Assembly (NCBI GenBank): GCA_973851085.1
Contig: OZ316775.1
Location: forward strand, 11,470,001-11,534,000
From: Ptychomitrium polyphyllum
Lineage: Eukaryota
Reading direction: 5' to 3'
Length of the DNA stretch: 64,000 bases
In this document: piece after piece, positions 49,231 through 64,000 of the stretch
Position numbering within the stretch: position 1 is the first letter of the stretch
Layout: the number at the start of each line of letters is the position of its first letter
Notes under the pieces: model-generated
The model's input: only the letters and a program-made list of their open reading frames with translations
The model's database searches: none
Told to the model about the DNA's origin: nothing
Made by a program: the position numbers and the translations under genes

Positions 49231-50667
49231 TAGGGTCTAATCAAAGGATATAGACCATCACCACAATTGCTATGCTTTATGAGAACTAGGTGATCAGGTC
49301 TCACACTCTACCGTTAACGCATCTTGCTCAGCATATGAATGGGCCTTGCTCACACGTGGGTTCAAGCTAACGAATTAGGCGAGATTTGTGGATCGATGTT
49401 GCTGCTGATTGTACATTTAGCATGCTCGGATGATGAAGTAGGGGTGCAAGAGGCGCTGGGCCTGCCTTGGCTTGTAACGAAGCAGAGGCCAGGAGGATCA
49501 TGGATGGCGTCTTGATGAGAACATCCTCTCTTTGATCATTCATGTTGCAGGCTACAATCTTGCCGCTGTCAATGGATGCTTCTAAAACGTCAGTTTTAGG
49601 AGTGGAGGACAGTCTGATTTTCGTGTGTTGCTCCACTATGGCTTTTTGTACCAAAAAGTTCCATTGTCGACGTAGTGTGAAATTCTAGAATCGCAGAAAT
49701 GCAATGATGAGTCAATTTAGTGTCGACAAGTGTTGGGCATATATCAACTATTAGTAACTTTGTGAGGACTAAAAGCTTCACCATAGCAACACTGCGCTAC
49801 GCGAAATCGAAGATTCGATGTCTGATCCTCACTTACGAGAATAGCCCACGGTATCTGTTACACCTGTGATTCTAAGCAGATGCACAAATTGTGTCGCGTC
49901 TTGAGTAGAAAACCAACAAATCCTACAAGTTGCTATTTCTTTTAACAACAAGGGCTAAACCTCCTTCATAGAAATTTAAAGATCGTTAAACACACATTCG
50001 GTTTTATTATCTTAGAGGCTGATCGAGGTTCATTAGCATGTTGGACGGATGTGAGAAGATCCTGCGTACATTGACAACAATTTTGAAAGCTGGAGTAACA
50101 CATAAGGCCATTATGTCAGCACTTCATCCTCCAGAGTAACCCAACATGCAGAGTCTAGGTCAAGTAACATCTGCATGTTATCACATATCATCCAAATACG
50201 TCAGATGCAGTAACTAAATATTTGATCCTATTCCAACTCTGCAAAATTAGTGATTTACACAAAATTTGATGTAGCACTTGTCCATTACAGCCCTTATAGA
50301 AAAGTGACATGCTTTATGGTAAGCTGATAACAAGCTGACGGACATTATACAAGCAAATCTGAGAACACAAAGAGCACACAAGTTCACTCCGCTCAGAGAA
50401 GTGGGGAAACCTACAAAAACTCTGTGTCACCTTCAACAAAACGGGAGTACAAGAACATGTCAAGAATTTGTAAGTAGGATTCATGCTTTAATGCCAGCAG
50501 AACTAGCTCACCAAGTTAGACAAGCAAATCCAAGCTGAGCTACTGTATAATCTCATGTAGATATCTGTAACTATAACTTGATATACATCGAAGAGTTCAG
50601 AGGACAGCATCAATAACAATCTCTGTTTTTCGGTGTAACTGGAACCCTAGAAAAATATTGCCCCTAC

Positions 50668-52456
50668 TTAGTCAGACTCATCACGTACTCGTGGTCTTCT
50701 CTCGGCCCTTGATACGGGCTCGTGAGAAGTGGTGCTCGAAGAATCTGCAATAACTGGGGTTGGCTGCGTGTCCTCATCTTTTTTCTTCCTCAATTCCTCC
50801 TCTTCAGCCAACTCCCTCTTCATGGCTTCTATTCTGTTATCAGCAACAAAGAGAAATGAATACACTTGGTGTTGAGACTCATCTGAACCGCGTAAAATCA
50901 AATGACGTCTCTCAGAGCGTATCCCTTGTGCTAGGAAAACAACTTACTTTGCCATTGGTGAGTCACTGGGAAATGGTCGCTTCAATTTGTCCTGTTTGCT
51001 AGCGTCCTTCTTCAGTATGTACAAGGAGAACAGAGCGTGGTCGTACAAGGTGATCGGTTGAGTGACTGCAACCAAATTCCTCTATCATCAAAGAATGATG
51101 ATTCACATGTAATTCACTTTCAGCAACCAACGTACAATATCTGCTTCCTAACATGAAGTTGCATTCACTTGCAACGACTTCACAATCAATATTCAGAAAC
51201 AACAAAATGGTCTTAGAGAGTGATACCCATTTGTAGAAGCAGCGCGGGTACCACTGCCATATATACATGAATACCAATAGTCATTGCAGCTCCCTGCATG
51301 CAGTACATGGACATTAGAACCCCTGTTCGAGTTTGAAACGGAACTCCTTGCAGGGTTTGTATAATCACGAACCCAAACACCACAACGGAGAACAAAATGC
51401 ACCAAGAGAAGGGGATTCATAACCACCTGCCGTCTCAGAAAAAGTTGAAAATGATCGAAACAAAACACTAACCATTCCAAAACTTTTGACCAGTTTCTGA
51501 AGTTCTGACATGTCATAATCCTTGTACGTCATCACTTGTTCTTCTGTAGGGCCACTGCAAAACAGAGTTACAACACCGACCTCAGATACCTCATAACACT
51601 TCTGTTTTCATGCAGCACAAGTACAGTCTTCGTATTCGTCAATAAAAAGGCAACAAGATCATGCTTCCAATTCCCTATGGTTGTGTCTTCGTCTTCAAAA
51701 GTCCAGAAGAATACCCCATCACTTCTCAGTTGATCAGACCTCGTGCAACCTAAGGTACTATGCTAAACCATTATGTGAATCGTCACCGTCATAAAAAAGA
51801 ATTTAAAAATTTTAGAAAGAAAAAACTCCCTATGCCTAACAAAGCACCTCCCAGTAAATCGTACAAAAAAAAGAGCTGGCATTGTAGATTCCCAAAAAAT
51901 CATACAAGCTCCTTGCGGAACCCCAGCCTTACTCACAACATGAAAAAATAATCAGGTCCCCAATATAGCAACCCACAGATTCGTATCCCCTGTTTACCCA
52001 ATGAAAAACCCTCCACCCTTCTTCGCTACAAACGCCACCCCAACCCATCTTCGCCGCAACGCCACAAAAACTAACCCCCCAAAAACTACACAATGCCGAA
52101 GCAGCCCGCAAACACTACAACCGAGTCCGAACTCCTCGCAACGGCACCGCCACACCTGCCAATGCAAAACCTAAAATCTCACTCAAAAATGAAGCAAGCT
52201 AAGGGGAGGGGAGACGTGAGATGGGACTGGCCACTTACGTGGAGGAAGACACCTTGACTTTCACCGTCTTCTTCTCATCACCCTCCTGGTTGATCCGCTG
52301 GTAAATCACGCCCAGGGCGGCGAACAGCGCGAGCTGCGAGATGGCGTAGAGAATCCGGATGATGAGCAGATTCTGCGGTACATCGTAGTCGATTTTCAAG
52401 ACCTTCATGCCCACCAGCATCGCTGGCCCCACCAGCATCTTCCATGAGAACCCCAT
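50668..52456 (-). CDS. PHO88: Pho88/SND3-family membrane protein (216 aa, 5 exons)
   Basis: Exons 52456-52239, 51554-51473, 51293-51227, 51065-50948 and 50833-50668 (all GT-AG, 651 nt) give MGFSWK...IIRILYAISQ...TYKDYDMSELQKLVKSFGMGAAMTIGIHVYMAVVPALLLQMVTQPITLYDHALFSLYILKK...DKLKRPF. This matches, in order, the yeast Pho88 motifs as I recall them (IRILY, TVRDYD..E....KS, FMHLY, DLKRPF). Confidence 0.8.
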
Positions 52457-54081
52457 GGCAGGCGAGTACCCTAATGCCACCCCACCTCCGGAGATGACTT
52501 GTGAATGGACACTGCAAACACGACAGCCCTAAAACAGCAACGCAACACTTGCTGTGCTCTCACACGACACAGGATAAACCACAAGATCAAAGCACGCGGC
52601 CTGTGCGTGTGCTTGTGCTCGTGCTTGTGCTTTCTTCCTCGCCCCACCTCTCCTTCTGCTCTTGCTCTTCCAGGCCTCCTCTTTCCCTTGCCCTGCCTTT
52701 TCCTCTCGATTTTATACTATTCCTGTTACTTTTTCTTTCACTTTTGCTTTTCCCGCTTGGAAGTTTTCCCTCGAGCGGAATAAGCGTAAGCAACAGAAAA
52801 GTTATGGTAGGCAAATGAAGCTGACGAGAATTTCATTTTGTGATTGAATAAATAATCCATGTTTATTTGATTGAGTTTACTTTTGGGAATCCAGGACCTT
52901 CTTCTGAATTAGGTTTCAGGACTGTGACGGCGTGGAAGTGATGTACACCCAACAGTGTCACCGCACCAAAAGCTGGCAACTTGCCTATGGTGTTCGTCGG
53001 CTTCGAAGACTCAAGTGTTAGCGTGTGATAGATAATGCCAATTTTGAGCACTGTGATGATTTTAGGTTTGCATGCCTTCAGCTTTTTGTTGTAGGTTGGG
53101 AAAGGACAGGAACCTCAAATCCAGCATCTAGTGGACAGGTGCGGATTCCAAGTTCCATGAATCAGGTTCCCAGTGAGATTCGGACCAAGTGGCGTTGCCA
53201 AGATTTAGGAGTGGGAATTTTCCGCAAGGTCCTTACCCGGTCTTGAAAAATGACCTTCAAAAAACTGTTTTTCTTGTTTGGTTGGCAGGTGGACATGATG
53301 GTATAACAACATCAAGCTTTATTTTTCATAACTCAAGGGTTACAAAATCTATGCAAACATGTCACCCATGACATACCACGTTGCTCACGCTTGGTCCAGT
53401 TGGTCCGAAAGGATGTTGGTTTTTGAAATGATCAGTTTTTGGACAGTTTGTAATTTGTTTTTCCCTACAGTTGTTGCTTTTGGACATGGAGCTGGTTAAA
53501 ACTTCGTGAAAAATCAGCCCTGCCAAACAGTGCTCAAAGAAAATGCCGTTATTATGTCCAGATTACCGATGCGGTTGGTTAGGAGACGAAATAGGTTGTG
53601 AGATATTACCGAGTCTTAAGGGAATTAAGTCAAAAACTGTAGTTACCTTTTTTATCATTTTCTATTTTCCATAAAACATATGATCTCCTTTAAATTACTG
53701 CAAACAAGTATTCAGTTTTGAAAGTACAATTTGTGTTGCTACATTACATCAAACACCTGGAATAGGAGCTTTCTCTTGTCATGACATTCTCGAGCAGTGT
53801 ACTAGTGTACTAGGATACCCTTTCATATGTGCAAAAACCATTTGCAAACTCACCAGAATGTGACACATACTCACAATTACTATCCTTGGAAAGGATATCA
53901 CCTCTCACTGCTCTACAATGTCATGGATTTCTCTCACATGACTAAATAATTTTGGTAGATAGACTGTATATATGTGCATCTTCTAAGCACTTTCAACTCA
54001 ACACCGTACAAGTTCGCCAAGACAAAAAGAGTCAGCCTCCACCTTTGTTAAACAGAAGCATCCTTGAGATGGCACGCTTGT

Positions 54082-57000
54082 TCAGATCCCATCCTCTTCA
54101 GCCAAATCAACATCTTCATCAACAGTCTCATCTGAATCATGCTCTTCCTCTTGATGCTCTTCCCCGTGCTCTTCATCTTCTTCCTCTTCTTCATCATCAT
54201 CTTCTCGATAGATCTGAGAAGCAACTACACGCCCTTGCAAGTCCTTGTGCTTCAGATTCCCTGAAAATAGACGCACGTAGGAGTATGCACTAGACTATGT
54301 GAGCAGAACACTGAAACATGAAGTACACAACCAAGCCTCACCTCTTAATTACATTCGTTGATAACCACATTTATTGATACGATACCCAACCACCCAAGAA
54401 ACTTCTCTCTTGCGATTGTTTTTAATATAAGTATTTAAAGGCAAACTCAAGGCGGGAACTATTACCCATCCAAAATGCACTGCCATTAGATGCACTGTGC
54501 AGAAGAGCCTTCACACAGAAAATAAACTTCTCCATAGACCGTTTAACTGCAGGCACTTTAGTCGCCACAGGCATCCTTTTCTGGCCCTGATCAGCAACAA
54601 AGAATTTGCGTAAGAATTGAACTGGACGGTGACCAATTGTCGTGAAAACATCTGACGTAACGATCTGTTATTCACAAGTCAGTGATAAAAATTGGCAGGA
54701 TACACTTACCTTAGCGTCAGCACAGATGGATTGAACTATCCGAGTAGCTTTCTGAAGCTCTTTGACCTGAAATCATCCACGGGAAGCTTCATCAGTAAAG
54801 CATCTTTCGAACAAGAGACACAATGCGGATACAAAGGAAAATTGAAAATCATAAACAATTTTCGTTTCTAAGTCGAAAAGGATACAAAGAAAAATATGTC
54901 CATATGAACCTCAGGCATGGCAACTGAACAGAAGCATCGGCACTTGATTTGCCAAGAGAAAATGCAGTTCTTTTAGCGCACAAGCAGTTCCGCACATTAA
55001 GAATGTCGAAAAGATCATGACATCAGAAGTAAAGTAGACATGGCAGCTTACCAAAGTAATGATGATATCCTTATGAGCTTCAAATTTTGCCATAAAAAAA
55101 TCCACGCCTATACCCAACACAAGTTAAGGACGTCAATGCGGTTGACTCAATGAACGTACTTCAATTCAGGCATCACTGTTCAGTAGATCTGAGTATGTTA
55201 CCTTTCAGAAAAGAATCAACAAATTTTCCACCCGACTTTACCGCAACGGCATGTACAGCAGTCTGAGACAAAACCATATCATTAGCACCATTCACAAGAT
55301 TGTTACAATCAATGTAAAGCTGAAGAAGCTATCAAGATCAAAGAATGAACAACCAACTCTTCAAGCCGAACAGCATATAATAATATTGCTAGCACAATAT
55401 CATTATCAACTGAGAGATACTGCAAGAGCGAAAGGAGGATTTTCAGGACGTTTGAAGCCATTAGTACTAAGAATATATCAGGGTACCTTCTCGTGGGTCT
55501 TTGTCAAATTTACAAGTGCCACGTGGACTTTGACACACTGGTGAGCGCTGGATATCAAATTAACCACGGCATCTTTAGTAAGCGGAGTTTTCGACTTCAT
55601 TTGTAAGACAATCTCTTTCATCTGCACCCAAGAATACAAAATTTCAAGAGCAAACCAAGGTTTTAGCGGAACTAGAAAAACCAAACTGCACATAGATATC
55701 ACATGACAGATGGAGTATTAGCCTCTATTTCCCAACACAAAAAGACGAGGATACTATTACATGAAGATTGCAAATACATTGCTCCCGACCAGGTGGAACA
55801 TTAGGCTGGACACGATCATTACCACTTCTTCAAATAGACAGAGAACCTCCTCGTGCTGAATACCCACACCACCAGCCCACCAGGTAAATGCCTCAGACAC
55901 GAAGTTAAAAGACACTTCAAACACTTCCGTACATAATTGAAATGCGACGTGACAATAGAAGCACCGCAACAATATGATTCACCTCAGCACGCTTATCTAC
56001 CAAACTTTTGTGAAACAGGAATTTCAAAGAACCAAAATTAACTCACCTGCACGCGGTACCATATCAAAAATGTACTGTGGGAAAGAGCAGGATAGCCCTC
56101 AACTCCTTGGTTTATCTTGCTCCCTTTCGTAGGCACCTGAACACAGCACCAGTTGGAAATACATAAGTCTCAATCCATTTCAGTGTGCGAAAACCTATAT
56201 CAGTTACTATTTGGTCACAGCACCTGTCTCACATAATTTCAACAAAAGTTTTACACTAGTAAACATCGGTCTCATTCTATCCAAGAGAAACATTTATGAC
56301 TAAGTAAGCCTTTTTAGCACTGAAGTTTTGACCTGAGGGCTACATGGCTCACAAACATGACAGTGAAGTTAGATTCGTACATTCAAGAATTCACATCAAA
56401 GAGCATAAGAAGAACATGAAACAAAGAAAGAGCAATATTTGACACAAATGCTAAGTGAAAATACAGCGAACTGGTACCTGTGGTAAGATGTTGCACGCCA
56501 TATTTTCCAACAGTTCAATCGGCGATGAATTGCATCTAATGTGCATCCGCAGTAACTGCTGTAATATATCACCCTGCCAGAGAACAACCTCTCAGCTAAA
56601 ACCGTGCTTTGGGGATGTCAAGATGGTGCGTGTCAAGAAAGAAGGGTCAAAGGGAACTTGTCGATAGAAGTGCTACTGCGCCTATGTTCACAACATATGT
56701 CAAAGTAATTCTATCCAGAGCTTAGAGGGGGCAAAACCAGACAATATAGAATTGAAAGAAAAGCCAAACTACGCACATCAAACATATAGAAATCATGAAC
56801 ATACCAGGTAGCAAAAAGCAGTATAAAAAATCATGCAGTTTCAAAGACACAACTCTCATCAATCGAATTCAGGTGATGGTTTAGCTGGCAATAACAAAAC
56901 TTACATAAAGAATAGTAACTAAAATAAATAGCAGTACTATATAGAAATTCTACCATAACCAAAAGGTACATATTTCTTTCATTTTAAAAATAAATTCTGA

Positions 57001-60000
57001 TAATCTAGTGCTATGTGTATCCAGGTTAGTGATACTGATCCTCGTAATTTCCATCTTTTGTTTATCATCACATCCTCGCATTATAGGGAAGGTTGAAAGC
57101 ATTCTTCAAAATTTAAAAGGGAAATCTGAACACGTACTTTACTTTTCCAAGGTTCGTACACGTCCCAATCATGTGTCAGCACCCGGCCTGCTGAAATACT
57201 CAAACGTGCTTGAAGAAGTGGAAGAAACCCAGTTACACGAATAAAGCTGGAACGCCTTCTTCTTTCATCTGCAGGTTGGTTGTCACAAACGCTTGCACAG
57301 TCTACGAGTGCTTTAAGAACCATCACCAGTTGTGTAGTAACAGACAGTGATGAGCCAGCCGCTGAGAAAAAACGCATATTGGTGTAATGAAGGAAAACCC
57401 AGCTATAACACGGAATTGAGTAGATAGCAGAACAGAGTATAGTCAATATCAAGTAAGCACAAAAATTGACCCTATGGATAGAGCTAGGCGTAGAGTAGAG
57501 GCTGCAGTTTCATGAGAAGCTCAAGTGTCTGACAAGGACAGCCGCTGGAGGATGACGGTATTCAGCAATATGAAGATGGATTCAAGGACGTTATAAAACT
57601 AGTAGCAATAATGCATTGAAACTTCGAGTACCTGACGTCAGATTCTGTGACACTATTCACCAGCAGAAAAGGATGAAGATGTAATTTGCAATACGAAAAG
57701 CCTTCACGTTGTAGACTTGGAGGCACTAGGAAAGTTCAATGCATCAAAATCTACGCAATAGTTGGTGAAATGACTAGTAGTACCTGCACCATGTAAGCTG
57801 TCCAGGTACAAGTAAGTACCACAGAAAATTTGTTCGAGACTTCCTGCTGGAGGCCGCGGTAACAAATCTGCAGCTAATTCATTAGCACCCTCAACTGAGC
57901 TGAAAGCTGAAAGTAACTCCTTAAAAACAGGGAAATTTGTCGGCAGAGTAAGATTTGGATAAGCTAAAACCTGGAAAATATACAATCTCAATCATTAGAA
58001 AGGGTACTGCAAATTGGGAAGCAGCTCTGTCAAAGAATAACATTTAATATTGTCCAAATACTAACAAGGCAGACAATACAATTAAGAGTACAAAGGTCAC
58101 ACAGTAATGCAGATCAAAAAAATACTTCAAAAGGCTTAAAAGGCAGGGAGAAAAGAGTGACTGAAAGAGTTCAAAAGGTTCAGAAAACATATGTAGAGGT
58201 TGACAAGGTACAACATCAACAATACTCAAATCCTCTCACAGTCAAACGATGTGTTAAAAGTTACCAGAAATAGATCTTTGCATCGATAACTTCTAATCAA
58301 GACGCAGCACAAACAAGACGATCAGTGCTAATGTATATAACAATACAAATAGCGGCCATACAATGACCCACTTGTAAGATGATGCGTCACAGAACACGAA
58401 ACAGTACCTTGCCAATACATCGTAGTGCAATCATTAGGAAAGATTGAGCAGTTTCTTTGGAGGCACAAGGAATCAATCCTGCTGGGTTGCCTGCAGCAGT
58501 GGACTCTGTCTTCCAATGCTCCTCACAAGCTTCATGTTCTTCCTCTGTTCTTACGGAGAGTTGACCTTCTAGCATCAAAAGATGATTTCAAAACTTCTTC
58601 AATTGAAAGGATCAACCAGAATTCACGAAGTGAAAAAGCACAGAATGCATTAGGGAAAAAAAGTTCAATAGAGTAGGTGAAAGCACATTGTCAGGGTCAC
58701 AGAGCTATACTAACAAGACTTTAGAACTTCTGATGAATTACCTGGGCGAAGTTGGGAAATGGCGGAATTTAAATGCCTCTTCAGACTTGGAAAAACAATT
58801 TGCAATCTCTTTAAAACGTCAGCAGCAACTAAGGTTCCCAATCCAGAAGGTATCTTTGGAGTTGGCGAAGCAACTATCCAAGGAGCCAGCTTTCGAGTCG
58901 GTTGTTCTAGAGAAATATCCAGTTTATTGTATAAATCTCGTAAGAGGTAGAGATAAAGCGGAAGCTGGCAAAAGCAAAAGAGAATGTTAATTGACCATTT
59001 TAAAGATCTGAGATCTAGAACGAGAAATAAGGACATGAAGCGAACATATTGTAATCAAACTTTCTAAGTAACTAAAAGAGAAGAAAATTAGCTGATGAAA
59101 TTACCTGACAGGAGGAATCAGCACAGCATACCGTACGTGTGCTCTGAAACGAGGCATCACATCGAAGGTTAGTAAGTGCCTTTACTGGACCGATTCCTTT
59201 CGGAACAAAAATAGATATCTAACTTCTGCTGTTAGAATGAGAAAGTCTACAAACTGTGAAAATATCGATTCCTTGACCTCTACCTATAAGAAAGATCTGC
59301 AAAGCATTCTCAGCACATCGGCAAGCATTAGCCAGAATCTATGATAGTGATTTAAGTCTGCAACATACCACTCTTGCCACCTTATAAGTAATCACGAAAA
59401 TCAAATTATGATTCAGTTCAAATAACACCTCACTGCCTGTAGAGTGAGTTATTATGGTATGGTGTTGTCAGATTTAAATGTAGGTATACTTTATCTATTT
59501 GCTATATCTTCTCTAGGCGTTTATGGTATTACTACAGCGGGCTGGTCCAGTAATTTTAAATATGCTTTTTTTTAGGAGCATTACGATCTGCAGCTCAAAT
59601 GGTTTCTTGTGAAGTTTCTATCAGCGAATAGTGGTTGCATATTACTCTCAGGATCCGTTATGAGGAGGTTGCATGCATGAAATAAGAGGACTGCGATTAT
59701 CTAAATCCCAAGACTTACCTCGGGTATCATTAATATAGCTGTACATGTAAGAGTCAGGGTTCTAAACTTCCACCGTTGCTCCTCAACCAATGGACCAATC
59801 CAGTGCATACATTCCTTTGACCCATCAATGGTTGTGCCAGCATTTGGTACAGCCTCAGAGGTATTTGCAGAAGCTCCAACTGGCTGGCCTTGCTGTGATC
59901 GTCGAGTACCCAAAGTATCGCCATTCCCTGCGTTTGGATTTTTCGCTCCTTTCAGGCCCTCTTTTTCTTTCTTCGATGTCTTAGTCGTCCGCTTCTGGCC

Positions 60001-63000
60001 TATTTTTGGCGGATCCTTGGATGAGATGCTCAGTTTTCTCTCTTGTTTGTCGCCAAAAGATTCATCATGAAGAAAGTGAAGCTGAGGAAAGGATAGATGA
60101 GGTACTGACTTCAGGCACTCACTCAATCGCTGCTCCAGGTACCTGCAGAAACAGGACCGTTGTGCAGTAACCACTCATCAAGAGCGTACAGTGATACTTG
60201 ATCACAAGACCAATTCAAGAAATCTTGTCGCATGCTCCACAATGTGAGCGGACTCTAGTGATAACACACAAAATACTATCAGGAGAAACACTAAGATTTT
60301 AATTTAAAGAGTAAACACCAAACTGTGCTAAGACAGTTATGCAAAGCATGAAATCTCTTTGCAGCAGAACTTGAGGTGAAAGAAAATTCCATCAAGGCTC
60401 GAAAAGCATACAGCAAATTTCGAAGCCGCTTGAAAATCTTTGTAGTCGTCTCTTCTAATGTCAGTTGTGAGCAGCTGTCATCTAATCGTGCTTGAAGCTG
60501 AGTAGAGAACGCATTTATCTGTGGTAAAAAAAGGTATCAAAGCATCAGAACTATTTTTGCAGGAAATCTAGTGCTTAAATCCTGATCGGACTGATTAGAA
60601 GAATGGATTTAGGAGAATTTACCAGTTCTCTTATCCAGTTGATAGCGTAGAACAACGACAGACAAGAAATCTCTTTATTTTTCCTTGACAAACAGCTCCA
60701 TTGTTCGTCAAAGAGCAGCTGCACACGATACAGGAACTGATCATTTAAATCCTCTTAAAATGGACCTTCCAAGGTGGATATGTAAATGATGATGCGCTGA
60801 ATGATCTAGTTGTATGAAAGATGGCCAAGGTTGAGCTACCGTAATTTTATAACTGGTCCAAATGAACCAGTTCTCAGATAGATTAGCTGCAATCAGAACA
60901 TTAAACTGAATCATTTCAATCGAGTCCTATAACGTTCAGCCTACACTATAGATACAGATACAAAATAATAGGCAGACCTCATGTTTTGGAAGATACAATG
61001 GGCACCCTAGAAGTGCATCAATGCCGCCCAACGAGCCTTGATTTGTCTCACGCTCCACCTGTAACCAGTAGTGCTTGAAATGAACTGATGATGAAATTAA
61101 ACGTGCCTGGAAACTTCTTAGAATATATAATTTCAGAGGTGTTCCCCTACTCAAATTGACTTTGACAAAAGCCCACAAGTACACAGAAATAGCTCTTTCT
61201 ATTCTCTCTTCGTCGTTCTCTCTTGTCCTATGCAGTAAATCACATGGATGAGGATACTGTCACATACCGCCGCAAGCAGACGAATATTCGCAGATAGGTA
61301 TAACAAAGATTGTGACAAGCTGCCAAGACAGGAGTAGAAAATCATTAGAACGTGCTTGAACTTCGAACAATATATTTAACAATGACATGGATATCTAAAA
61401 ACGTGAATTGCTTGCACATAGAATTCCAACTGAGGCTTCAACAAATCACTAATTCTGTAGTGCTGTCACAAACATTCTGAGTTAGATGACAACCTCTTAT
61501 CAGAAGATGATGTCAGCATAGGCAATACGTTCAGTATAATAGGTGACATATCACCATCCAGATTCATCCACACCTCACCTGCAGGTCTAGGTAATGTGTT
61601 CAGATTAAAAAAAAATCTTTGTGGGAATCTATCAACATAAGTAATACCCACAAGTGTCAAATAGAGACATTTGCGAGTAATCTCATCAGTAATAGTCGGT
61701 ATCAAGTTTAGTAAGACACCAATTTTCACTCATTATAAATAGCTGGAATACAAATTGTACAAAGCAAGCTCAAAATTTGATTTACAATCACCTTCAACTG
61801 ACCCGCAGCCATCATGTGCACCAGGTAGCTTTCCTTCTTCGAGATCCCCAAGATACAACGTAGAGAATTCTTCACTCTGAACAGCGACCCTGAAATACAC
61901 AAAGCATAAGGAGATGAATTGGAAGATAAATCGGGAGTTGCTAAACACGTACAAAACTAAGGTCGTAGACTTTTTGCAATTAGTGCAAAACAATTTGAGA
62001 GCTCCCTAGTACTAAAATTCAGCGGCATAGTGATCCTAATTTAAATAATTTGTTTCAAAACGCCAACTTTAATGTTCAGAAAATACATTCTAATTAAAAT
62101 TCTTAAGCAGGGAATATCCTAAAATTTCCCACTTTTGGCTGCTGAAGTGGCAAATCCAAAGGTATTACTTTGAAACTGAATAATAGACAATGAACTCAAC
62201 ATTACTGAAAGTGAAAATACAACTAACCATTCTACAATTGAGGGATGCAAGACAGAAGCCTCCAACTGGTTAGTTAGCTCGTCATAGAAGTAAGCACGAG
62301 CAACAGGTGATGTTTTGCACGCATCCATATTCATTTGCAAAAGCGCCACTGCTTCTTTGAGGCTGGATTCCTTTTGAACAAAAGATGAAGAACCCGGTGA
62401 CTGAGCAGCAGGCCTTCCAGTAATACAATACAAGATCCACAAACAGGGTATATACATACATCGAACATACCTTTATTGCAACACCGTAATGTAATATTCA
62501 CTATTCAAATCATTTCAAAGTACAATCAAACCTTTCCCAGTCAATTCATTCAATTATCAATAAGACAAAATATTAAGTTCCAAAAGACTATTTCCAAGCT
62601 GGTTACCACTATATGGATGATCAGTAAAACTAACCTCAGCAAGAATTCCTTCTCCAGCAATCTCATCTTCCTCTGTCATTTTCCGCCCCAGGCAATTAAC
62701 AAGACTCATTACTCCAATAATTCCCATTCGCTTGTATTTTAAATCTGGATTTGAAATCTAATCATAAGAATGAGAATTCAAAGTTCAGTATGGTCCAACA
62801 AACAACAGAACATAGACACTGAAAAGTTGCTGAAAACAAGTTACTAAAATGGAAGATAATCACCTACTCTCCAAGACAAATCTGTCGCTTGATCATGTAC
62901 AACAACAACTGGCCTTTTTGATGCACTTTTAAACCGCTTAGATAATCATGAATTGTAGTCTCAACACTCATCACGCTCAATTAGCACGCATGTCATTACC

Positions 63001-64000
63001 AGATACTGCATTTTAAGATAGTCAAAGATTGAAGGTACCATAAAAGACAAGGCTGAACAGCCTTTGATATTCTTACAACAGCTCATTCTCACCTCTTTTC
63101 AAAGAAACCACATAACAATATCAATTGCCTAGCATACCAGCCTTACACGTGCAGAATAATATATTTTTCTAAATAAACTTCGATCTCAAACAGTGTGACT
63201 TTCATTGTATGGAACCAAGAGATCATCCCAAAAGCGTTCATACTTCGAGAAACAAAGACGCCCAAAAGTATCATCTGACCTGCTTGCGCACTATTATAAG
63301 TAAATCATCTGAAACAGAAACACCACTTGAAGCTCCCCCGCGCCCTCGAGCAGCCATTGCAATACGGCAAAATATTCTGTACACCTGCAAAAAGACGTTA
63401 CAAAAACTGCTTTAGTTACACTTTTGGTATAGAAGGAAATAAGAGCGTGTTGGCAAGATCGAGGGGGCGCTTCGCACTTGCATGCAGCAAGAATGAAGGT
63501 GGAGGATAGAGGTTTAAAAGTAAACCCTACTTCCATGAAAAACATGGATGGCTCTAGAATAGTATCAAGTGCAACCATGTAAGTGTCAGAAACATATTTA
63601 AAATTTGTATGACCTGGTGCAGATGTGTGTCCTGAAAACCTTCCAAATAATCAAGTATACCTGCATTTGTACATGCCATTAAAATAAGTTTGTTAGTGAG
63701 TGGCATCCGCAAATCAATCAATATTCGCAGTGACTCAAATAGTAACTTAGCCTTCAACCCATTTAATATTGATACACCCACCATAAAATTGTGCTCACCA
63801 TTCAAGAAAGTCGTCATTGGCAGCAGCTCCTGAGGTTTCCTTTTCGTGATCATCCATAAAGTATCTAGAGCAGCCCCAATCTCTGAAGAAATACCAGACC
63901 CAATATGCGTGATAAGTGATCCCAAAACCTGCAAAATCCTCAAAAAGTGTCAATGATTAATCTAATCTCTAAGGACAACTAGAATCCGAAAAAAACACAC
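54082..64000 (-). CDS. FANCD2: Fanconi anemia group D2 protein homolog; multi-exon, 5' part beyond the right edge of the window
   Basis: [11 protein letters not shown]...[75 protein letters not shown], and C-terminal [16 protein letters not shown] plus an acidic tail; TGA at 54082-54084. Confidence 0.93.

Noticed and set aside
54876..54886. GTATCCTTTT (U12 donor-like) on the minus strand in FANCD2; also GTATCCTC near 61257
   Set aside because: Both lie inside introns whose flanking exons already join in frame through ordinary GT-AG sites.
1..64000. CRISPR arrays, rRNA/tRNA genes, intact transposase or retroelement ORFs, prokaryotic operons
   Set aside because: None seen. The window is spliceosomal-intron-rich plant DNA and no repeat has repeat-spacer structure. 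Small RNA genes could be missed without a covariance search.

Overview
This is eukaryotic nuclear DNA from a land plant. Gene content, intron style and AT-rich intergenic islands suggest a bryophyte or other non-seed plant (inference). It carries six intron-containing genes: importin-4-like (minus, runs off the left edge), RBL/RBBP5 WD40 COMPASS subunit (+), ankyrin-DHHC S-acyltransferase PAT24/TIP1-like (+), IDN2/FDM-like zf-XS/XS/coiled-coil/XH protein (+), a Pho88/SND3-family membrane protein (minus) and FANCD2 (minus, runs off the right edge). Between ~31.6 and 49.3 kb lies an accessory block. It contains a 655-bp perfect inverted copy of the PAT 3' end that brackets the IDN2/FDM gene, and three intronless genes for a secreted Cys-rich protein family I do not recognise (two apparently homogenised by gene conversion, one about 50% identical with a re-patterned Cys/Pro loop). 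It also contains a disrupted TIR-NB-ARC-LRR gene with internal LRR triplication and possible further NLR debris. A U12-type intron (importin-4) and a probable GC-AG intron (RBL) are visible. All calls come from reading motifs and splice sites by eye; no database searches were run.
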